From the human T2T-CHM13v2.0 reference genome, Homo sapiens, in NCBI RefSeq assembly GCF_009914755.1, contig NC_060930.1: 64,000 bases of DNA, one strand, 5' to 3'. The notes beneath the pieces were generated by a model. The model worked only from the letters and a program-made list of their open reading frames with translations, was not told the DNA's origin and ran no database searches. The position numbers and the translations under genes are program-made. Below are positions 24,706 through 36,962 of the stretch, one piece after another. Numbering within the stretch: the first letter of the stretch is position 1; the number at the start of each line of letters is the position of its first letter.

Positions 24706-27186
24706 AAGGGATGAGCCTCATCCTTCCTCCCCTGTACCTGGGCTTGCTGGCGATGCTCCCACCAGGGCACCCCCTGCTGTGCCACTTCTGCCCTTTGCCT
24801 TAAAGCACATCCCAAGCCCCATCTTCTTCTGTGAAGCTTTCAGCACCACCAGAATCAGAGCTTTTCCTTCCCTCAGCATCTGGTGAAGACGGTGGCCACT
24901 GTTGCTGAACTGAGTGGAATGACTCCTCCTGTCCCTGCTCACTCTGGGAGGAATGTCCCGGGTCATCTCATCATGGTTTACAGCAGGGCATTTTCCTCCT
25001 CCCCTCCAGAGACAGTGCCAGACTCAGGTTCGTTCATTCTTACTGTACCAAGAACCTCCCCTGCACGTAACCCCACTGAGGCTCAGTCACGTCTAACTCA
25101 AAACAGTCAATGAATGCAAGCTGAAGGCAGGGGGATGTCAGACCAAAAGCACATATTCCTGTGGGTTATATCAAAGGCTAACCAGCATTATGGGATCACA
25201 AAAGAAAATGGTTAAAAGACAATGACTTCCACATTTCCCTACCCTGGAATTCTTCAAAACAAGCAAATGCGGAATGAATGCTCACTGACAGCTGTGATTG
25301 TTTTCCACGTAACTTTGCTGTTGGTTAGCGTCAATCTTGCATGCAAAACCTGAAGCACGGCTTGAATTATCAAGTGAATGTGAATGTGAATGTGTCTTTT
25401 TCTGAGGTCTATTTTCGTGTTTAGCTGCTCTTCCAAAATCGTCACGTCCTGCTAAAGACCCAGGGATGAAATGGTCGCTGTGGCTTCCCCTGTGCCTAAG
25501 CATTTTATGGCAGCACTGGCGTGGGAGGCAGCTGCCAGCACAGTGATGTGGGGCGGCCGCAGAGGCAGGCTGCAGTGCTGTGGGTGGAGCACGCTCCACG
25601 CAGCGCTCAGCTCCCTGCGGCCTTCAGCTGCTGCAGATGCCACAGGCCTGGGGATGTGGAATTCCTAGCAGATGGCAAGAGTGAATGTTACAATTAGCTT
25701 TCTTCCAAGTAGATGAAAGGGATTAAGGATGGGAAGGGTCAATTAGGTAATTTAATCCATTCTCTTGTCGTTCTGGCATTTGTCTTTAAAGAATGTCTTG
25801 GATCTCTCATACCCTGTAAGCCAGGGTCAGAATCAATGCGGTTAAGTGTCATGTATAGTTATTTAGAATTCAATTATGTACTCATCAGAAAAAGTGTGTT
25901 CAGAGTGAAAGGGATAGATGGGAGTGATTGAAGGGCATTTAAAGGTCTTCATGCATAGAGATCAGTGCCTGTTATCAATGAGCTGTGAGGGGCACCTCTT
26001 CAGGTAGGCTGGATTGACCCAGTGGCTGTGGCTGCTGAGGCCGGGGTCCATATTCTGTCCCCCGAGTCTCTGAGGTTCGTGGAGGAGGAGAGTGACGTTC
26101 TGGAACCCACAGTCCTTCAAGGGTGCAGAAGCCATGGCTCCCCTCGCCCATCCTCTCTTCCCTTCACTTGACATTTCCAAATGTCAGATGTGAGACAAAA
26201 TCTGTGTCTTCCCTACATTTTTGATCCCATACATGTTCTGCTGCGTGGGGTCAATCTATATTTTTGTGTCATGTTATTGCACATTTCAAATAAGATAATT
26301 TCCATGGACAAAATCCTAGGCAATGGGGCCCTCGTGGGCTGGTGCCGCACCTGCTGGTGGCTCCTGCCCCACAGCCCTGGGTCCCCTCAGCTGACAGGGA
26401 GGTTGTCCTCATGGTACTGGGTTCCCAGGAGCACTCCCAGCTGCCTGTACGGAGTACAGGACCTCTCCGCTTCTCTGCCCCAACGTGGCCTCCTGAACCA
26501 CAGATGGCACAGCCCACGTGCAGGAGGCGGGAGTTCCAGTTCCCAGGTGAAGCCAGGGAGGACAGGTGGGTGCCCAGGCCCTCCATACAAATCAGGGTGG
26601 TTAGGGGCACTATTGAAAAATCCCTCATCTGGTACTCAGAGCAACCTCATCTCCCTGCACTCTGCCTTCCTGCTTTCACTTTGTCAGCACAGTCACGGGC
26701 GGGGGCTAGTGGAGTCACTCCTCAAAGAAATCTGCACCCATGTGCTGGTTTCAGGGTCTGCTTGAGGAAATGCCGCTGAAAGCCGTGGGGATCCACATCG
26801 TATGCCTTTATTCAATCAGCAAATTGACATTAAGCATCTTCTGTGTAGCAGGCACTGAGCTGGGCACCCAGTCCTGGGCGTTAAAGATGAACAAGATAGC
26901 TGCAAGCTTTTTCTCTTGGAAGCAATTGAACAAGGAATATGAGTATGAGATGTTCGTGTGTGTGTGTGCATGCCACCTGGAAGGAGGGGGAGAGAAGGGG
27001 CTTGTTACATAAGAAGCCCAGTATCTGCACTGAGCCGGGGGATGGAGCCCAGGAGTCCATGTTCAAACGCTCCAGGTAACGGGCAGCCCCGGGACCCACG
27101 TCTTGTTCAGTCTCAGCAGCTTACACCGGGCCGAGAGTCACAGAAGTCATTCCTTTAGATGAGATTTTCATCTATTTTTTACTCAT

Positions 27187-27733
27187 TGTATTAGTATTCT
27201 CTGGAGAAACAGGTAATAAGATGTGTATAAACACACATACATACACATAATGCATTATATACGCACACATAGACATATGCACATTATATACACACATACA
27301 TATACAGATTATGCACATATATATACATTATATACACACAGTCATACACACATATATGTTATTATACACACATCCATGGAGAGACGGGGAGATAGAGATT
27401 TGCTTTAAGGAATCGGCTCACGTGGCTGAGGCTGGTGGGTCCACACTCTGCAGAGCAGACTTGGGGGCTGGAGCCCCAGGAAGTCTTGGAGTCACTGGAA
27501 TCCAAAGGCTGTCTGGAGGCAGGATCCCTTCTTCCCCAGGGGTCCTCAGTCTTCTCTCTCCATGCCTCTACCTGACTGGATGAGGCGCACCCACTTAGTG
27601 GAGGGAGGTCTGTTTTACTCAAAGTCGTCTGATAAGTGCCCATCTCATTTAAAAAATACCTTCACAGCAACGTAGAGATTGGAGTTGCTGGGTACCACAG
27701 CCCAATCAAGAGGACACAAAACTAACCACCACA
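27187..27733 (-). mobile_element. MLT2 (ERVL) LTR containing a (CA/TA)n expansion (27220-27375)
   Basis: TGTATTAG...TCTGGAGAAACAG...AAGGAATCGGCTCACG...AAAACTAACCACCACA. Confidence 0.75.
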
Positions 27734-30700
27734 CTCGCTTCTGAATTCCTCAGACATTGAACACAGCCTCTGTACGAGCCCCTAAGGAAACAGAGGTTGG
27801 CTTTGCCAAAAACTACCTTAATTTCTAGATTTAACACACTCAGCTTCTCGTGGCTAAAGACACCGACCCCAGTGCTGCCTCTCCAGGATCAGTGACAGAC
27901 CCCGAGGTTCTGGAGCCGGGAAAAAACCATGACATTGTGCAGGTAGATGAAATGCCGCGTTGTGCGGGTGAGGACCCCGAGACTCCGAAATGGCACGAGG
28001 CACATCCCGGCTGCACAGCTCATGCCTTGGCCCCTTATGGAGACCCCAGTCCAGGGTCTGAAGAGGATGACCGTTTCTGGATATGTTGCACTTTGCCCTC
28101 ATTTTGGACTAATAAGAAGAGGTTCTTTCTCTCGGGAGGCTGCCAGCATGGAACACTGGGGAGGACGCCCTCACTGAGTTTTGTGGCCCTGTCCAAACTC
28201 CAGCCACCTGCACGTCTCAGACTGTAAATGTCTCTTTTGTCATCCAGAGTGGCACTTCCAGTGGGATGGCCCGGTGACACTCCTCACCTTGAGACGGGGA
28301 GTCGGTGGCTCTCACTGGCGCTGGGTGTATTCACAGCTTGGCGATGCAACCAGCCCTTCTGCTCCACTGCCTTATCTGTCTCTGGCAAGCTCACCGTCCA
28401 CACCGAGGAGTCCCCACATTGCCACATTGGCAAAGAGGATGCAGGCACAGAGCAGGGAGAAAGCGCTCTCTCCAGGGGAAGCCCCTCTGCTTCCCTCTCC
28501 TTGAGCTTTTTTCCCTCCACATCCCTGTTCAAGGCTGTTACAAAGCAATGTCTTTTAAAGCACAAGCACTTCTCACATTTTGCACGATTCCACGCTCCTC
28601 CAGCATGGTGTGATACCAATACATTAGGAATCATGCCCTGTGGATGTCCTTCCAGCTGAAAACAGGAGCTTAAGAAAATAAAAAAGACGTAAAGACACTG
28701 AATTGCAGCCTCGCTTCTGAGTGCTCACAGGGGCTTGCTGGGAACCTCGGCGGCGGAAACAGACCCCGTCAGTCATGCTCTAGAGAATTGTGTCTTTAAG
28801 CAGTAACAGGGGCTTGCTGGGAACCTTGGTGGGGGAAACAGCCCCCCATATACATATACATAGGTATATATATGTGCATATACACGGACCACAGCTCCTG
28901 TTCTGTGGTCCCCTCTCTAGGAGCCTCCCTCCTCCCCTGCTGTGCTCCCCTCCCCAGGGGCCTTGCTCCTCCCCTGCTGTGCTCTCCTCCCCAGTCGGTG
29001 CCTCACTCCTGGCCCCTGGCACCTGCACAAGCAAAGGCCCTTTTGTTACTTTTCACCTCTGGCCTCTGCCGCTTGCTCTTCTGGTCCTAAGTCAGTTTTT
29101 CCCGGCTTGCTTCATCATTTCAACTCCATTGGTTCAGTACTTAACACAGTGCCTCTGAACAGGTAAATTAAAAAAAAAAATGTCTTGACTGAATGAATGA
29201 GTGATTGTGTGATTCCACCTGACTTCCTACCAGCTTCCATGGATGGCTCTGACTCAGGGCTGTGCAGCAGCTTCCAGGACACCTTTGTGACCCTTGGCCG
29301 CCCTGAGATGAACTCCTCTGCCATCTCTAATCCTGGGGGAATGTGCCACCAGGCAGGTGGCCGGGGGATGGGGAGAGCTGTGTGTGCAGATGACAAAAAT
29401 AACTACTAACTTTGCATCTGCAGAATACATGGGTGTACTCCTTCCTTTTTCAAATACTTTTATCAAATTCAATCCAGACTCAGGCCAGGTAAGGACTTTT
29501 ATTTGCATTCTTCAATGAGAACACTCGGGGCTTGTATGCTGGACTTATTTGTCCAAAGTCACAGAATTCATAAATGGGGTCTCTAGGACTCAAACTCACA
29601 TTTTCTTTCTTGACTTCCTCTGCCTCTTGGTGTCCAACTTAAAAGACAGTGCAGCCTGGGGTGCTGGGTTCCAGTGTAGATGCTACCAACCTTGTAGATA
29701 CCTTCGCAGCTTCTGAGCTATTTCACCTTTTCATAAAAGCGCAGGCCACTCAGAGTTTCCACCAGAGAGAAATGGCAGGGGCTCACAGGGACCCCCCACC
29801 CCCCCATGGAGATTAGAGAAATACACTCACTACATTCTTTATTTGAAGTTAAAATCAATTTGCAGAAAAGATAAGAAGAGAAACAGCACCTTTGTATACA
29901 TTGTTGCTTACCTTGGTTTTCTACTTCTAAATGCAGTCATCTCTAAGGAATTCTAGGTAAAGGGCAACTGAGAAGGAAGGCTTTCAAGCACTCCCAGTGC
30001 CTAAGGATCTGCTCCCCTTTCTCGCATTTGGGAAGAAAATAGTAAAGTGTCTGACTGGGAAGGAGAGTGAGCAAAGCTCCTCCTGAACCTTTATAACATT
30101 TCACTGGCCTCCCCTTATGTAACCCAAGCTCTTGTTTCCAGGAAAACAGCGTCTTTCCTTCAGACACAACTAAAGAGCATCTGGAAGCACCATCATTCCC
30201 TACAGATACAGGAGAACACGGTTCCGGGCTGGTTCCTGGGTCTGCACCCTCCTGGATGGCCCATCACCATTCTAGGCCCAACGAGATCACACAGAGTGGC
30301 TCAAACTACTCTCTATTTTCTTTTCACCCAAACTATTGCAATGTCTTAAAACAAAACTAAGAGGCCCTCTTCTTCCTCTGAATCTCTTCTTCCTTACCTA
30401 CTGCCATGGGGAAAAAAAAGGGAATTTATTGATTTAATCCTCAGATATTTGTAGAGAATGGCATTTGCTCATGTAGAAAAGTCATCTGAAACCTCATGAG
30501 TTCAGAGTTGAAATATGTAGGGTTTAGAGCTCATTGTTTTTCCAAACATAAGACCCTGACTTTGGGAAAATAGTTAAAATTTCAAAAGCTTTTGGGCATC
30601 AGATAACTATTACAAAGCAATATTTAGATACATTTCAGTAAGAATAAAGGAATTAGAAACATATGAATCATAATTTCCTTTGAAACCCACTTGCATTTAA

Positions 30701-31489
30701 AGATTAAGGGGCAGAGAGATGCTGCCTAATGAAACGTGTGTGAGGACTTGGTGCATTCACAATGCTCAAAACATCATGGGGACATTTGAGGGAAAGCTGG
30801 TTGCAACGTTTATTCAGCCCCATTTAGGCCACGCAAATAAGGCAGTGTTCAGAGGGTTCTTAGAAATCATTCATGACTTAGCATTGCTTAACTTGGGCCA
30901 AAGTGAGTCCTGAAAATTTGATTTGTGAAAACACACACTAGCTTTATAAGTCTTTCCATATTTTCTCTTAGAGAAGTTACATGAAGATTCTCAGAGGTAG
31001 CAATTAAAGGTGCTGATAACTAAAGAATGAAAAATAATAATGTGGCAAGTTCTTTTATCATTTCCTGACTTAATTAGTGTGGCTCATTTGCATTTAACAA
31101 ATATTTATGGAGTACTTTTCTGTCAAAGTCACATTTTTTTCCTCAGTCAATGGCAGTCTCATATAAAACTGTTTCATAGCTTACAAAATATCCTAGGATA
31201 AAAACAAATAAATTAGAAAATCAGTACAAGTAGAACAAGAATTCAGAAGAAAAAAGATAAAGCTTAAGCTGCTGTTGGTGAACAAAATGTGTGCAGAAGG
31301 GACCTGTCCCACAGGAAAAACACATGTGGGCTGAGCTGAGAAACCAAGGCAAGGAGAGAAATGGAATATTTGCATTCCTGTCAGACGAGATGTACGCGCC
31401 GAAGCCTCCCTGCCACAGTCTTGTTTCTGTTCAGCATTGCTGTCAGAAGCTAATCAGATGATTGAGGAAAAGCATCTATTTTTTCCAAT

Positions 31490-31799
31490 TTTTTTTTCTT
31501 TTCTTTTCTTTTCTGAGGCAGAGTTTTGCTCTTGTTGCCCAGGCTGGAGTGCAGTGAAGCGATCTAGGCTCATTGCAACCTCTGCCTTCTGGGTTCAAGC
31601 AAGTCTCCTGCCTCAGTCTCCTGAGTAGCTGAGATTCCAGGTGCCTGCCACCACGCCCGGTTACTTTTTTTGTATTTTTAGTAGAGACCGGGTTTTACCA
31701 TGTTGGCCAGTCTGTTCTTGAACTCCTGACCTCAGGTGAACCACCCGCCTCAGCCTCCCAAAGTGCTGGGATTACAGACGTGAGCCACCGCGCCTGGCT
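31490..31799 (-). mobile_element. AluS (Sq/Sp-like)
   Basis: Antisense full Alu. Confidence 0.94.
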
Positions 31800-31909
31800 T
31801 CGACATATTGAGATGAACATTAATTTGTTTCCCATCTGCCTTCTTTTCCAATAGATACATCAAATGGTGCTCATTTTCCTGTGATTACCTCCTATTTGCA
31901 CTTTACAAA

Positions 31910-32224
31910 TTTTTTGTTTGTTTGTTTGTTTGTTTGTTGAGACAGGGTCTAGCTCACTCTGTAACCAAGGCTGGAGTGCAGTGGCTTGATCACGACTCAC
32001 TGCAGCCTCAACACCCTGGGCTCAGATGATTCTCCCACCTCAGCCTCCTGAGTAGCTGGGACGACAGGTGTCTACCACCACACGTGGCTAATGTTTGTAT
32101 CTCTCGTAGATACGGGGTCTCACTCTGTTACTCAGGCTTGTCTCAAACTCCTGAGCTCATGCGATCCACCTGTCTCGGCCTCCCAAACAGTTAGAATCAC
32201 AGGCATGAGTTACCACGCCCAGCC
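31910..32224 (-). mobile_element. AluJ with (TTTG)n tail
   Basis: Diverged antisense Alu with J-type features. Confidence 0.9.
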
Positions 32225-32727
32225 CACAAATTTTGATAGCTAGAGTTTTCATTATCACTCAGTTATAAATGTTTTGTAATTCACTCTGTAATTTCTTCTT
32301 TAACCAATGATTAACTCAGAGATGTGTTTTCTTACTTCCTGAACATTTGATGTTGTTTGGTTAAAGTTAATTGCCAGTATAATTTCACTGTAGCTGACAA
32401 ATATGGTTTGTATGATATATTATCTTTGGAATTTGTCAAGACTTTCTTTTTGGCCAATTTCAATATTCTTTTCACATCAATTTTAATGTTTATATTATAT
32501 TGTCTTATTACTTTGTTGCATTTAATTATTTGACTTTTTTATTTGAAATAATGTCTAATTTACAGAAAAGGTGAGAGGACAGTGCATAGAACTCCTATAT
32601 GCCCATCTTCAGCTGTTAACTTTTCACCACATTTGTCTCATCCACTGGCTTTCTCTGATGTGCATACGTGTGCTCGCACAGCACAGGCGCTCACGGCACA
32701 CACACACTTCATTATTCTTTTTGAACC

Positions 32728-33425
32728 TTGTTAAACAAAAATTGTGGGAGGCCATTGTTTTGGAATGAGCCCCTACACTTGGTCCCAACAGACCAGATCA
32801 AACCAAAATGGAGTCACTCACGCTAAGTCAAGCTGAAACATTAAGGAAGCATCTAGATCACAAAACAGTCCAGATTTTCCTGACCACAGGAGATTCCAGA
32901 CCTGAGTCAGCACAGAAAGGAAGCCCCTTCTGCTTTTCCCTGTAAGGGAAAGGGGAACCTGAAGTAACCTGAGGTTACCCGTCAGCTTTGTTTCCTATTC
33001 TGTTTCCTGGTCCCCACCTTACAAAACCCACTGTTCTGCCAGCGCCCAGTGGAACTCTCATTCTATCTTGTAGAATAGAGGCTTCCTCGGAGCAGAAAAC
33101 CAAACACTGCATGTTCTCACTCATAAGTGGGAGTTGAACAAGGAGAACACATGGACGCAGGGAGGGGAACATCACACACCGGGGCCTGTCGGTGTGTGGG
33201 GCGAAAGGGAAGGGAGAGCATTAGGACAAATATCTAATTCATGCGGGGTTAAAACCAGCATGTTGGGTTGACAGGTGCAGCAAACCACCGTGGCACATGT
33301 ATACTTAATGTAGCAAACCTGCACATTCTGCACATGGACCCCAGAGCTTAAAGTAAAATTAAAAAAAAAAAAAAAACAAAAAGAATGGCGGCTGCCTCGA
33401 TTCATGACTTGTGAATAACAGCCAA
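32728..33425 (+). mobile_element. ERV1 LTR (MER34/MER39-like) interrupted by an L1PA 3' end
   Basis: TGTTAAACAAAAATTGTGGGAGGCCATTGTTTTGG...ACCAAAATGGAGTCACTCA start. Confidence 0.7.
33089..33383 (+). mobile_element. L1PA (7/8-like) 3' end with polyA and degraded TSD (AGAATAGAGGCTTCCTCG / AGAATGGCGGCTGCCTCG)
   Basis: CATGTTCTCACTCATAAGTGGGAGTTGAAC...AAACCTGCACATTCTGCACATG...A tail. Confidence 0.92.
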
Positions 33426-34379
33426 GGGTGGCAGATGTGGCTCTCATTTCTAAAACCTGGACTTACAGCCACGTAATCCCAGTACCCCAAAGCGATCAAC
33501 GTGGACGCGATACTACCATCGAGTCACAGGCCCTGCTGGCATACCGTAGGTGGTTTCCATAGCACTTATAGGGAAACCCGAAACCCACCAGCCAACCAGA
33601 CCTGCAGCAGCCGTCGGTCCATCCCCTTCTTTCTGCACAGCCCCTGACTCAGGACCATGCATTCCATGTCTTGTCACGGCCAGTTTCCTTCTGCCTGGAA
33701 TGGTGGCTTGGTCTTCCCTTTCCTCCCATGACCTTGAAATGACCTCTGCTGGGGCTTTGTTCTCTGACAACCCCAGGCAAACAGATGTGAACTCTGCAGT
33801 TGCTGGCATCTCAGAGGCTTGCAGGCCAGTTCCGGGGTCAGCTTCCTCTCACCCGGGCTCTGCTGATGTCCTGGTGTTTAGGTGCAGGGGACTGAGACTG
33901 GTGCAGGGCCCTTGGCACACCCCACAGAACCACATGGTGCCCATGGCACGCGAATGCGACTGGGCAGTGCTATCACTCGGAAAAGGGCCTACAGGTGCGA
34001 AACGGCGGCAAGTGGCTTGAGATGATTTTAATACCTCGTTTCTCGTGAAACTTTCATCCACTAGGTTTTGCCTCCATGGGTTTCTCTTGCCCAAGTCACT
34101 GTTACTGTGAGGCATTTGCAAGGGCCGTTTAATACACCGCGTGGAAACCGTGTTCAGTGTCTACTCACGCAGAGGCCTGCCTTCTGACACACACATCAAT
34201 CAAGCTCAGAATCGTGCCGTTCAACCATACCTCTTGTTGTTGTTAATTTGCAATTTATGTTTTTGCGCAAGAAGTTATAGGTAAACCTTCTCCCTCTGTC
34301 ACCTCCCGACTTTTGCATTCTGGAGTTTCCTCTGCACATTCTGCGGGGACGCTGTTAAATAGACGCATCATACTGATCT

Positions 34380-35466
34380 CTGCGCTGGCTTCCTACTGCT
34401 GCCAGAGCAAAGCACCCCAGAGCCGGTGTCTTCACAGAAATCTCTTCTCTCACAGTTCCGGAGGCCAGAGCCAAAACGCAGGTGCTGCGGGGCAGGGCCT
34501 GGCTCCCTCCACAGGCCCGGGGCGGGGTCTGCTCCGGCCTCTCTCTAGCTCCTGGTGGTCCCGGCGACCCGCTGCCTCCACATCCTCCTCCCGCAGCACC
34601 TGTCTGCACCCACGGATTCTCCCTTTCTAGTGTAACATTGAGCCGACCTACTGGACATACTCCAAACATGTCGTGATTTTAGATTTTGTATAAAAATATT
34701 CTCAAAGATACAGCCTCGCTCAAAGCCAGGATCCACCTCCCGAGGACTGACAGAGAGAGGACGCCTCCGGCCCAGAGCCCACAGCAGAGGCCTCACTCAC
34801 GTGCGCTCTGGGCCAGAGCAGGCCTCAGGCACTTCAGCTCCAGGGAGACCGGCCAGCAAGGTCGGGTATTTGGAAGGAGCTCAGGAAGCGTTCCCCTGCA
34901 GGAAGCCGAAAGCAGGAGAGACACCAGGGGCCGGGAGATGGAATTGGAATCTGCAGCATTCTTCAGGGGCGGAAGCCCCAAGCCGTCCATGTGAGGCTGT
35001 TGGCCAAGGGGCTGAGGGGAGGGCACGAAGTAACTCACTAGAGACAAGACACAGGTGAGTCCTCCAGGCACCCACTCACAGGAACAGCGTGAAGGTCAGC
35101 TTTCAGAAACTTCAGTAATTTTAAAAGGATCTGAAGAGGACTTTAAAAATATCTAAGATCCTTAAAGGGATCTGGTGGGAAGAGACTCCACAAAAACACA
35201 CAGGACATGATGAGGTGAGGAGTGCAAATCAGGGCCTAATTGCTGATGATTCATCTGCAGAAATAAATACTTTTGTCACGCTGGATCCAGACACGCATGT
35301 GACCTCGTTTTAGCTTGGTTATCTGTGAAAACTCTATTTCCAAATAATAATATAGTTCCAAACAATCAAATACAATTTTAAATATTACCACATTTTGAAG
35401 TACTGAGGGTTAGAATTTCAACATATCCTTTTTCTGGGGAACAGGACACAACTCAACTCTTAATAC
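34380..35466 (-). mobile_element. MLT1 (ERVL-MaLR) LTR split in two (~34380-34630 and ~35279-35466) by the left inverted-repeat arm
   Basis: CTCTCACAGTTCCGGAGGCCAGA...CTCTCTCTAGCTCCTGGTGG on the left; TGACCTCGTTTTAGCTTG...CTATTTCCAAATAA...TACTGAGGGTTAGAATTTCAACATAT on the right, colinear. Confidence 0.7.
34611..35278 (+). repeat. Inverted duplication, left arm (perfect core 34703-35249)
   Basis: Base-by-base reverse complement of 36294-36962; mirror ORFs in the ORF track. Confidence 0.98.
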
Positions 35467-35479
35467 CCTCTTACCTGTT

Positions 35480-36290
35480 AGTGTGATTACCAGATATTTT
35501 AGTTATTTGATATTAATATTGGTATATCAGAGTTTCACTATCATTTCCCTTCCTCTTAGTTTCAAATTGTTTCTTTGTTTTAAGAATGTCCCCCATAAAC
35601 AGCATAAAACTGGATTTTAAATTTCAATCTCCTAGCCTCTGTCTTGTACAAGGTAAGATAACTCTCCGTGTATTTATTGTGACTATTGATTCAATTAGAA
35701 TAATTTTAATTTGCATTCTATTCTTACTTTGCTTTGTTTTTCTCCTCTTCCCTTCTTCTGGCTTGTGTTGGAACGGAAAAGTTTTATCTCTTTAGCTCAT
35801 TCCCTTTGAAGGATGTTTGGATGTTTATAGTTTTACATCCTATTAAAGATTACCTAAACATCTTAGTATGCTATTCAATTTTATATTATCTTACAAAGTT
35901 TTGAGTTATTCATTATCTCTGCTCTCCTTTCAACAAAGGGTCTTGCCACAGTTTAACCCTCCTTGGAACCCCTCGGTCTTCTGCACCTGGGATACCTGAA
36001 ATGTACGTTCCCCCTTAACAAATAAGACATAGAAATCAGCTTTGCCAAGAGCTTACAAGGCCATTTTGCTGAGAGCTTCGGCTGTTTTCCCTCTTATTCC
36101 TGAAGGCTGTTTTCTTCTGCTGAACTACGTGTATTAATAAACCTTTCATCAGTGCTTGCAGGTTTTAAATTCAGTTTCCCTACCCGAAAATGCTGCAATT
36201 AACTTTCTCTACTGGAAGATATTTTATGTGGGTATAGAATTCTAGGTTGAGTCATTTTTCCTGAGTCCTGTGAAAATGCTATTTCATTGC
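35480..36290 (-). mobile_element. Old L1M fragment in the spacer
   Basis: T-rich antisense L1M-like phrases (GAAGATATTTTATGTGGGTATAGAATTCTAGGTTGA...TATTTCATTG). Confidence 0.55.
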
Positions 36291-36293
36291 CTT

Positions 36294-36962
36294 TGAGAAA
36301 ATATTTATTTTTGCAGTTGAGTCATCAGCAATTAGGCCCTGATTTGCACTCCTCACCTCATCATGTCCTGTGTGTTTTTGTGGAGTCTCTTCCCACCAGA
36401 TCCCTTTAAGGATCTTAGATATTTTTAAAGTCCTCTTCAGATCCTTTTAAAATTACTGAAGTTTCTGAAAGCTGACCTTCACGCTGTTCCTGTGAGTGGG
36501 TGCCTGGAGGACTCACCTGTGTCTTGTCTCTAGTGAGTTACTTCGTGCCCTCCCCTCAGCCCCTTGGCCAACAGCCTCACATGGACGGCTTGGGGCTTCC
36601 GCCCCTGAAGAATGCTGCAGATTCCAATTCCATCTCCCGGCCCCTGGTGTCTCTCCTGCTTTCGGCTTCCTGCAGGGGAACGCTTCCTGAGCTCCTTCCA
36701 AATACCCGACCTTGCTGGCCGGTCTCCCTGGAGCTGAAGTGCCTGAGGCCTGCTCTGGCCCAGAGCGCACGTGAGTGAGGCCTCTGCTGTGGGCTCTGGG
36801 CCGGAGGCGTCCTCTCTCTGTCAGTCCTCGGGAGGTGGATCCTGGCTTTGAGCGAGGCTGTATCTTTGGGAGTATTTTTATACAAAATCTAAAATCATGA
36901 CATGTTTGGAGTATGTCCAGGTAGCTCGGCTGAATGTTACACGAGAAAGGGAGAATCCCGTG
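36294..36962 (-). repeat. Inverted duplication, right arm (perfect core 36322-36868)
   Basis: Reverse complement of the left arm. Confidence 0.98.

Noticed and set aside
34611-36962. Inverted arms as terminal inverted repeats of a DNA transposon
   Set aside because: No transposase, no clear TSD; the spacer is MLT1/L1M debris continuous with its flanks.
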